The notes below the pieces were generated by a model. It did not search any database, was not told the DNA's origin, and was given only the letters and a program-made list of their open reading frames with translations. Below are positions 54,385 through 64,000 of a stretch of DNA of 64,000 bases, in pieces. The stretch is from Octopus vulgaris (lineage: Eukaryota): contig OX597831.1 of assembly GCA_951406725.2 (NCBI GenBank), forward strand, positions 29,016,001 to 29,080,000, written 5' to 3'. A program made the translations under genes and the position numbers. Positions within the stretch are counted from its first letter, which is position 1. The number at the start of each line of letters is the position of its first letter.

Positions 54385-54386
<2 letters not shown>
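54050..54386. mobile_element. (TA)n-inserted fold-back element
   Basis: 67-bp inverted repeat (54050-54116 / 54154-54220), (TA)n on both sides. Confidence 0.55.
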
Positions 54387-54431
<45 letters not shown>

Positions 54432-54532
54432 ATATTTCGGAATGGTCATTTTGCCAGTTTAGCCAATAAAAACACACATACTGTATATTTGGTGTTATTT
54501 TGCTTCAGTGTTATTTATTTTTTACATTAATC

Positions 54533-54570
<38 letters not shown>

Positions 54571-54580
54571 ATATACACGC

Positions 54581-55001
54581 ATATATCTCCACAGACAGCA
54601 ATGCTTGTAACTCACATAGGCAAAAAGAAGAAAATTTATAATTTTGAAATACCATGCTGAAGACGGAAATGAGTTTTACAATTCTAATCCCGAAACGCAT
54701 ACATGATTAATCGAAGACTGGTTAGTTTCACTAAATTTTTTCCTTCTTTTTGCCTATGTGAGTTGCAAGTATTGCTGTCTGTGGAGATATATTGTAGTTA
54801 GAAGAATTAGCTGTTTTGGCTGCTATTTCTAAATATTCGGTATGTGGTGAAGCAACTTGTTGCTAAACCCTTAATTATGCTTACAATTATAAAAAACACT
54901 TTTTGTATAAGTTTTTACCGATAATGTTTTTTTTGTTCCATACCGACGCTACTTGGTAAGATTTATTAATTATTAAATTAATAATTCTTTACCCTATATC
55001 C

Positions 55002-55005
<4 letters not shown>
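54581..55005 (+). mobile_element. Hammerhead-bearing fold-back element in (TA)n
   Basis: 50-bp inverted repeat (54581-54630 / 54743-54792) enclosing a hammerhead motif; TA tracts on both sides. Confidence 0.55.
54653..54705 (+). ncRNA. Type I minimal hammerhead motif (partly decayed)
   Basis: catg-CTGAAGA-cgga...tccc-GAAA-CGCATA-catg; stem I catg/catg; stem III carries a C-A mismatch consistent with CpG decay of GAAACGCGTA. Confidence 0.55.
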
Positions 55006-55039
<34 letters not shown>

Positions 55040-56857
55040 CGCACACATATTCAGAGAGAGAGAGAGAGACACATACACACACACACATCATAAATGCCCA
55101 AACATCCACAAATGCAAGCATGAACACACACAACATTGTTTAGTATAACAACAACAACAACATTAAGATCAAAAGCAACTGTTGCTGTAATACCAACAAT
55201 ACATGAAAGTAAATTAAAGGACACATTGGTGGAGACAGTGGTGGTGGTGGAGTGAGCGGACTGCTCCTACATACCATCACCGTTACTTTAGTGAAAAGGA
55301 GACGGTGAGGGAGTTACTGTTTAAAACAAAGACTTTTCGGAACGCAACATAATGGGATATATATGGTGGGTGGGTGGGTGGGTGGAGATGGAAAGGGAAA
55401 GATGTGGCATGTATTATTAATAATGATAATGAATGATGCTGATGATGATAATATAATAATAATAATAATAATGCTTTCTACTATAGGCACAAGGTCTGAA
55501 AATTTTGGTGGGGGTGGGGGGGTTCTAGTCAATTACTTCGACCCCAGTGGTTTCACTGGTACTTAATTTGTCGACCCCCTGAAAGGATGAAAGGCAAAGT
55601 CGACCTTGGTGGAATTGGAACTCAGAGTGTAAAGACAGATAAAATGCTGCTTAGCATTTCACCCAGTACCCTAACGATTCTATCAGTTTGCTACCTTAAT
55701 AATAATAAGAACAATAATAATAATAACACTTTCTACTATAGTCACAAGGTTTGAAATCTGAGGGAAGGGGACTAGTTGATTACTTAATTTTATGTCGACC
55801 CTGAAAAGATGAAAGGCAAAGCTGACCTCAGCGGAATTCGAACTCAGAATGTAAAGATGGATGAAATACCGCTAAGCATTTTGCCCGGTGTGCCAACGAT
55901 TATGCCAGATCTCCGCCTTAATAATATTAATAATAATAATGTTTTGTTTATTAGCCACCAAGAGGAAACATAAACAAGACACAGGGGCACAGGATAAGAC
56001 AGTGTGGGATTAAACAAAAACCATGTAAAAGAGAAAATTACAGAAACAAACAAAAGAAAACATGTCTAAATTAGGAATGAGGGCAGCAATTTTGAAGGGA
56101 AGGGAAACGCTAGTATCGTCAACACACTCCCCCACCCCCCGTACTTGATTGGTACTTTATGTTATCGACCCTAAAAGGATGAAAAGCAAAGTTGACCTTG
56201 GAAGGATTTGAACTCAGAACCTTAAGAGTCAAATCAAATACAAGGAATTTTTTTTCTCTATTGCTGTAATGAGTCTACCAATCCACTAATGTTACTGGTG
56301 GTGGTGGTAGTGTCACAAACACTAAGAGCACAGGTTAATAGCAGAGTGTACCACACAGAGCACTTGGCCCAGAGGTTAGGCCATTGCGCTCACGATCAGG
56401 AGATTATGGTTTCAGTTCCTGAACTGGGTACTGCATTGTGCTCTTGAGCAAAACACTTCATCTCATGTTGCTTTGTAATCACTCTGACATCACACATGTA
56501 GCACACTGTGTACCTGGATACCTGTACAGGTGATGTTGATTTGATGGAAGGAGTGAACTAGTGTGCAGCTCCAACATCTGACTTCTATAAGCAAATCAAC
56601 ATCTGAGAAGGTCGTGCAGCAAGAATTTGTAGAACATTCCTCTTTCATTTACAACCAGAGAATCCACAATTCTAACAGAATATACCACCCAAAGATATTC
56701 TACTACAAAATATGTAAGCGAGGAGTACACTCTCCACCTTTGTTTACAGGTTATGACACAAAAACGGACATTTAAAATAAAATCTATCACTGAAAATATA
56801 TTTGCAGAGGTTGGTAATGGCATTAGGAGTTAAAAGAAGCAAAACACTTTTCCAAGG

Positions 56858-58788
56858 AAACTAATTTGGGAGTCAAAAGTGAGTTCCAGCTCGTAGCAAT
56901 TCAAGAGAACAACAGCAACATTGGAGGGTGATTTGGTTTCTATTTCTAGCAAAATCAGTTTCCCAAAAACTAATTTGGGAGCCAAAATTGGGTTCCAACT
57001 TGTAGCAACTCAAGAGAACAACAGCAACATTGGAGGGTGATTTGGTTTCTATTTCTAGCAAAATCAGTTTCCCAAAAAACTAATTTGGGAGCCAAAATTG
57101 AGTTCCAACTTGTGGCAACTCAAGAGAACAGCACCAACATTTGAGGGAGGTTTGGTTTCTATTTCTAGCAAAATCAGTTTCCCAAAAAACTAATTTGGGA
57201 GTCAAAATTGGGTTCCAACTTGTAGCAACTCAAGAGAACAGCTGCAACATTTGAGGGAGGTTTGGTTTCTATTTCTAGCAAAATCAGTTTCCCAAAAAAC
57301 TAATTTGGGAGCCAAAATTGAGTTCCAACTTGTGGCAACTCAAGAGAACAGCACCAACATTTGAGGGAGGTTTGGTTTCTATTTCTAGCAAGATCAGTTT
57401 CCCAAAAAACTAATTTGGGAACCAAAATTGAGTTCCAACTTGGGGCAACTCAAGAGAACAGCTGCAACATTTGAGGGTGGTTTGGTTTCTATTTCTAGCA
57501 AGATCAGTTTCCCAAAAAACTAATTTGGGAGCCAAAATTGAGTTCCAGCTTGTAGCAACTCAAGAAAACAGCTGCAACATTTGAGGGAGGTCTGGTTTCT
57601 ATTTCTAGCAAGATCAGTTTCCCAAAAAAACTAATTTGGGAACCAAAATTGAGTTCCAGCTTGTGGCAACTCAAGAGAACAGCTGCAACATTTGAGGGTG
57701 GTTTGGTTTCTATTTCTAGCAAAATCAGTTTCCCAAACAAACCAATTTGGGAACCAAAATTGAGTTCCAGCTTGTGGCAACTCAAGAGAACAGCTGCAAC
57801 ATTTGAGGGTGGTTTGGTTTCTATTTCTAGCAAGATCAGTTTCCCAAACAACTAATTTGGGAGCCAAAATTGGGTTCCAACTTGTGGCTACTCAAGAGAA
57901 CAGCTGCAACATTTGAGGGTGGTTTGGTTTCTATTTCTAGCAAAATCAGTTTCCCAAAAACTAATTTGGGAGCCAAAATTGGATTCCAACTTGTAGCAAC
58001 TCAAGAGAACAGCTGCAACATTTGAGGGTGGTTTGGTTTCTATTTCTAGCAAAATCAGTTTCCCAAAAACTAATTTGGGAGCCAAAATTGGATTCCAACT
58101 TGTAGCAACTCAAGAGAACAACAGCAACATTGGAGGGTGATTTGGTTTCTATTTCTAGCAAAATCAGTTTCCCAAAAAACTAATTTGGGGGCCAAAATTG
58201 AGTTCCAACTTGTGGCAACTCAAGAGAACAGCTGCAACATTTGAGGGAGGTTTGGTTTCTATTTCTAGCAAGATCAGTTTCTCAAACAAACTAATTTGGG
58301 AGCCAAAATTGAGTTCCAACTTGTGGCAACTCAAGAAAACAGCTGCAACATTTGAGGGAGGTTTGGTTTCTATTTCTAGCAAGATCAATTTCCCAAAAAA
58401 CTAATTTGGGAGCCAAAATTGAGTTCCAGCTTGTGGCAACTCAAGAGAACAGCTGCAACATTTGAGGGAGGTTTGGTTTCTATTTCTAGCAAGATCAGTT
58501 TCTCAAACAAACTAATTTGGGAGCCAAAATTGAGTTCCAGCTTGTGGCAACATTTGAGGGAGGTTTGGTTTCTATTTCTAGCAAGATCAGTTTCCCAAAA
58601 AACTCATTTGGGAGCCAAAATCGAGTTCCAGCTTGTGGCAACATTTGAGGGAGGTTTGGTTTCTATTTCTAGCAAGATCAGTTTCCCAAAAAACTAATTT
58701 GGGAGCCAAAATTGAGTTCCAGCTTGTGGCAACTCAAGAGAACAGCTGCAACATTTGAGGGAGGTTTGGTTTCTATTTCTAGCAAGAT
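56858..58788. repeat. ~120-bp tandem satellite, ~16 copies
   Basis: Unit aaactaatttgggagccaaaattgagttcc...tttctatttctagcaagatcagtttccc repeated head-to-tail; two units carry a 20-bp deletion. Confidence 0.95.
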
Positions 58789-59127
58789 GCAAGGCCATCA
58801 TTGATCTTGGAAATGTAATGTACGTGAAGGGCAATACTTCTCCCCCGCCACACGTAGTTCTGTCTTGGGAGTGTCTAAATTGAAGTTTTCTGTTTCTGTG
58901 TAAAAAAGCAATTAGGGCATAGTTCGTTAAGTGTTTTTTTGTAATTTATTATAATTCAACATTTACTGCCACCATCACCACCATCACCGCCATCATCTCC
59001 ATCTTGCCACTCTATCACCATCACCATAACCAGCTTCACCATCGTCGTCCTACCGTCATTATCCCATTACCAATATCACTATAATTTCATCACCACTAGC
59101 ATCACCAGAATCATCTCATCACTGAAA

Positions 59128-59240
59128 CTACACCACCACCACCACCACCACCACCACTACCACCACCACCACCACCACCACCACTACCACCACCACCACC
59201 ACCACTACCACCACCACCACCACCACTACCACTACCATCG
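59128..59240. repeat. (CAC/TAC)n microsatellite in a low-complexity CAC-rich tract
   Basis: Directly visible. Confidence 0.95.
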
Positions 59241-59405
59241 CTATAGCCACCACTGCTACCACCATCAATGCTACCACGATCAGCACAACCACCATCCTCA
59301 TCAGCCTTATCACTCTCAGTGCTATCACCATGACTACCACCACCAGCTCTCTATGCAAAACAAAATCATTATTATCTCAGTGGACCCTTGTTAAACTGGA
59401 TCCCA

Positions 59406-59631
59406 TTAACCCTTTCATTACTGTATTTATTTCGAGATGCTCTGTGTTTCTTTCAATTAATTTTAAATATAAAGAATTTAGTAAAATAACTTGGTTATCA
59501 TTAAGCTAGTGTTAGGAACATAAATTGTGACTAAGGTTTGGTGGAAGATTTTAGACCAAAACTTTTGAAAACAAGACATTTATACTTAGAACCAGAGATG
59601 GTTTCAGCCGGGTTGGTAACGAAAGGGTTAA
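59406..59631. mobile_element. piggyBac-type MITE (copies also at 30453-30682 and ~41776-42004)
   Basis: TTAA-CCCTTTC ... GAAAGGG-TTAA ends; three homologous ~225-bp copies. Confidence 0.7.
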
Positions 59632-60134
59632 GTTCGATATTGGATGAAACAGATGGAATTGGGGTTCAGAAAGTTACCGTCAGATTTGATTCCTGCTGTC
59701 GTCTTTGAGTGTCAGTCTTGTAAAGCCACATACATTTGGACATTCTGGTGATGCTATTTGAGAGCCCTCACATCCACCAAAGACAGTAAATTCAACAAAA
59801 ATATTCAGATCAGTCTTTAACATATGCTCATGGATTATAATGAGAAACTTTCTGCGCTTTGTTTTGATACATTTTGATGGTTGTTTTGAATTAGTCCTAA
59901 ATACCTTACAGTTAATGCTTTTATTAATGCAGTTCTCTATTTAAGAGATGAGGAATTATGTACATTATTTACGTTTGATGGATATTTGTCCTTATCTTGT
60001 TTGTTGTTAACACAACGTTTCAAATGATATAAGGTGGTGCTCCAGCATGGCCACAGTCAAATGACTGAAACAAGTAAAAGAATAAAAGAATTATTTACAA
60101 TTGACGGATACTTGTCCTCATCTTGTTTGTTGTT

Positions 60135-60180
60135 AACACAACGTTTCAACTGATATACTCTCCAGCCTTCATCAGGTGTC
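60135..60180 (-). ncRNA. Type I minimal hammerhead motif (mutated twin at 60272-60317 on plus)
   Basis: Minus strand reads gacac-CTGATGA-a-ggctg..cagtt-GAAA-C-GTT-gtgtt; stem I gacac/gtgtt; palindromic AACGTT stem III. Confidence 0.65.
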
Positions 60181-60563
60181 TTGGGGAAATTCAAACCTGG
60201 GTTCTCATTCCTAAAAATACCTCATCGAAAAATACCTTAGGAATGAGAACCCAGGTTTGAAATTTCCCAAAGACACCTGATGAAGGCTGGAGGGTATATC
60301 AACCAAAACGTTGAGTTAACAACAAACAAGATGAGGACAAGTATCCGTCAATTGTAAATAATTCTTTTATTCTTTTACTTGTTTCAGTCATTTGACTGTG
60401 GCCATGCTGAAGCACCACCTTAAAGGATTTTAGTTGAACAAATTGACTGCTGGACTTTCTTTTTAAGCCTAGTACTTATTCTATCCATCTCTTTTGCTGA
60501 ACTGCTAAGTTACAGGGACGTAAACAACGCACCAACATTAGTTGTCAAGGGGTAACGGGGGAA

Positions 60564-60601
<38 letters not shown>

Positions 60602-62568
60602 CTCCTTTCAGTTTCCGTCTACTAAATCCACTCACAAGGCTTTGGTCAGCCTGAGGCTATAGTAGAAGACACTTACCCAAGGTGCCATGCAGAGGGACTG
60701 AATGTGGGACCATGAGGTTGGGAAGCAAGCGTCTTACCACATGGCCACACCTATTATTATGCTTTTCTGTTGGAGCTATGATGACCATCAAGTCATGCTT
60801 AAGGATGACAGATGACTTGTGTGGTGACCATATTGGAAGTGAAGAAAAGACTTGCACTCTGGCAACCTCACTCTCTCATCTGCGGCCATCATCAGTCCAA
60901 AGGCACAACGAGGTCAAGACAACAGGGGATGGAGATGGATGCAGTGGATGACCAAACATGCCCTTACTTACTTCATCTTGCTCTCTGCAGTAGCTGCCTT
61001 CCCTTCCTCTAAACCATGTATGTTTCTTCTGCATGGCCTGCCTGATTCAGTGTTCATGTGCATATATAGGGAAGACCTAGGGTGAAGGGTAAAGACCCCC
61101 TCCAGTCATGAAGGGCTATAGGATTGCACCTAGAAAGTTTCCTTCTGAGGCACAAGTCCAGGCAAGGTTGTTTATGGAAGCCTCCCCTCTCTACGCCACT
61201 GATGTTATCCAAGGGAAAGGCAAAGGCCGATATAGCTTTGCACCAGTGACGTGGCAACTCATTTCTACAGCTGAATGACTCAGAGCAACGTGAAATAAAG
61301 TGTCTTCCTCAAGAACACAGCACACAGCCCAGTCCGGGTTATCGAACTCACTACCACATGATTGTGAGCCAAATGCTCTAACCATTGAGCCATGCCCCAA
61401 ATATGCGAATTAACCCATAGCTGGGACCCTGACGTGTGCTACAACACCAGGCCAGACTAGACCAGGTATATGCAAAACCAGATGCAATTTAAAGTTATAC
61501 GAAGACACTATTGTATCAGAATATAGTAGTGGATGGCTGGCTGGTAGGATGACAAGCGCGGGAAAAAAATAAGGATAGAAGGTGAACAACATTTTACCAG
61601 CTCACGTATTTATGATTCCCTTTTACATCCCACTCACAAATGTACACTTTTTTACAAACTCCCACTAATTTTTTAACTTTATGAATTCATTTGCTCCTTC
61701 CTCTCTGCTTCACTTTGTCTATATTTTGCCTGTTACATATGTACATATGTCTGCAAGTATGTATGCAAGGATAAAACTTAGTCTTTCTTTTCCTTTTTCA
61801 CCTTTCTCTCTAATAAACACTAAATTTCCATGGTGAAAAATTATACATATAAATTCATGAGCTACATATTAACAAATTTTCTTTATAATATAAACAAAAT
61901 TAAGGTACAAGAAATAACTGAACGGTCAGAGACAAGGATTTGAACAATTTAGACAAATACAGGTATTTCAAATACCATAAAACATAAATTCTTGATTTAT
62001 TAACATTATCTCTGTCTCTAGAGGATGCATCATAATTACCAAAAGCCAATTAGACCAGCTTTACTTCAGAAGGGGAGATAATCTCAACATTCAATAATTT
62101 TCTCTAAAGTTGGCATTGCATGGAGGAAAATGATTGGCTTGCTGTCTTAAGATAAGTCTTAAGACAGTCATAGATACATGTTTCTATCTCAATAAATGTC
62201 ATCAGAACAACCTTATCTCCAAAGGGCTGTATATGGAAAAGAACAGAACACATTTATGGCTCAGGTAATTTGCATAATTTAAACATTAAATGAACTGCCA
62301 TTTGGTAATTATGAGAAATTCTCTAGAGGCAGAGATAATGTTGATAAATCAAAAGCTTATGCTGTGTGGTATTTGATATTTCTGAATTTGTCAGTATTTC
62401 TTTATAATAAATCTGTTCCTGTTTGAGGATATAATCAACTGTATTTTGTTTTCAGATCAAATAATACAGAGTCAAAGAACAGGCTCAAGTGAAATGGAAC
62501 TAAGAGTTTGTATGCTTTTTTTTTTAGTTCTATTTTGCCAAGACAGTCGGACCAGCAGAGCCACACAG

Positions 62569-62871
62569 ATCCCTCTTCCTTCTCGAGCTACGTCTGGCTC
62601 ATAAGGACCGGTTTCCCGGTCTCCTTGGTGTATAGGTTCTCCACCTGGACGGGACGCCAGTCCGTCGCAGATGAGCTGCAAGATGCAGGAGGAGAGAGTG
62701 AGAGAAAGCTATGGCGAAAGAAACAGCAGAAGTTCGCCATTACCTTCTGCCGGAGCCGGGTGGAGCTTAGGTGTTTCGCTCATAAACATACACATTGGCC
62801 AGTCTGAGAATCGAACCTGCGATCCCTCGACCGCGAGTCCGCTGCTCTAACCACTAGGCCATGTACCTCCA
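62569..62871 (-). mobile_element. tRNA-derived SINE family A
   Basis: Reverse complement of the family A head; 13-bp TSD cagagccacacag. Confidence 0.8.
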
Positions 62872-63764
62872 CAGAGCCACACAGTGCACACTATGAAAAA
62901 TAAGTACTACAGGTACACTGATTTTTCAGACACTGATGATCCAGGACCCCTTATAATCTTCAATTTATGAGCGGAAACTTCAAATTCCTGCAGCTACCAG
63001 ACTAGTTTACTGATAGCTTGCACAGTGAAATATTAATAGACTTGTGTCAATTTATACTAATGTACAGGAACATGTATGTCGTTTAATTATTTCAATGAAT
63101 TTAATATTTGGTTAATTTAAAGTATGACCATGCCTGCTGCAGAAAAATCAATAACCTGAAGTGGCTTTGGAACCAAAGGTTCTGAAAAACTGATATTTGT
63201 ACCAGTATACAAAACACAGCCGAGTAATTCTCATTAATATTTCACTGGTGTTGTGGAAGCTCACCAGGATTTAAATGTTTTATTTCGTAATTTCTATGTG
63301 TTGAAGCACGAATTTTGCTAAAGCGAGTGACAACTAAGGGCATGGCACTGACAAACCTCAACCAAAGGGAAATACGCCTGTTATTCTCATGAATCTCTGC
63401 AGTGATGATGTTTGTTTCCGCTCGATATAAATTATCTCCTTGCTAGCAATATAAATAAGAGTGCATTTTGAACCAAAAGCCAATATGATAGTTTCTCTCA
63501 TGGTAACTACCAGGGGTGTATATTCTGGGTGTGTTAGGTGTGCACTGCACCATTAGAATCCATATATGGGGGCCCCATCCCCTCAAGCCTGAGAATTTTA
63601 TTTTATTCACTCCTGGAAGAATGCATTAATTATTTCAGCCTGGCTGTGTTTGTAGACAGTTGAAAAGAATACTTTTAACAAACAAACAAAAAATTAAATG
63701 ATAGCATTGTAGTTGCAGGTAGGACCCCCACTAAGTCTCCTGGCAACCAATATTTTTAGACCAA

Positions 63765-64000
63765 AGGCAGCGAGCAGGCAGAAACGTTAGCACACCGGGC
63801 GAAACACTTAGCGGTATTTCGTCTGCCATTACGTTCTGAGTTCAAATTCCGCCGAGGTCGACTTTGCCTTTCATCCTTTCGGGGTCGATAAATTAAGTAC
63901 CAGTAACGCACTGGGGTCGATGAAATCGACTTAATCCATTTGTCTGTCCTTGTTTGTCCCCTCTGTGTTTAGCCCCTTGTGGGTAATAAAGAAACAAATA
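63765..64000 (+). mobile_element. tRNA-derived SINE family B (many copies, e.g. 15863-16092, 21655-22030, 34010-34330, 49715-50560, 51825-52052, 55475-55920)
   Basis: Recurrent ggcagaaacgttagca...gagttcaaattccgccgaggtcgactttgcctttcatcctttcggggtcgat core. Confidence 0.8.

Noticed and set aside
57504-58697. Repetitive-protein ORFs in the 120-bp satellite
   Set aside because: Unit length varies (119-121 bp), causing frameshifts; no splice support
56858-58788. CRISPR-like periodic array
   Set aside because: Whole units repeat with no unique spacers, there are no cas genes, and the context is eukaryotic; it is a satellite
59640-59800. Possible GIY-YIG endonuclease remnant next to the hammerhead fold-back
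   Set aside because: Only vague Cys/Gly similarity; no recognisable GIY/YIG motif
62165-62212. Minus-strand CTGATGA...GAAACATGTA hammerhead-like string
   Set aside because: Stem I does not pair and stem II lacks a closing pair; likely chance

Overview
AT-rich, repeat-dense eukaryotic genomic DNA. The SINE, LINE and microsatellite complement is typical of an octopod cephalopod; this assignment is an inference. One large minus-strand gene spans most of the window. It is a divergent class V unconventional myosin with 20 phase-consistent GT-AG coding exons from 43753 to 2830 (850 codons). These encode the second half of the N-terminal SH3-like region, a complete motor domain ([23 protein letters not shown]), the converter and six IQ motifs with the diagnostic 23-25-23-25-23 spacing. 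A candidate first exon lies at 53031-53063, and the tail exons lie beyond position 1. The introns hold tRNA-derived SINEs, R4/Dong-like LINE fragments in (TAA)n, mariner, pogo-like and piggyBac MITEs, a Helentron-type element, minisatellites and microsatellites. The most striking non-obvious signal is a set of short non-coding fold-back elements, mostly inserted into (TA)n tracts. Several carry minimal hammerhead-ribozyme motifs (CUGANGA...GAAA...NUH with pairable stems I-III), including one apparently permuted (type II-like) motif. They resemble Penelope-like or retrozyme-type elements and place putative self-cleaving RNAs and long dsRNA stems inside or near the myosin pre-mRNA. No CRISPR, rRNA or true tRNA genes are seen. 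Nearly all ORFs in the supplied track are repeat artefacts.
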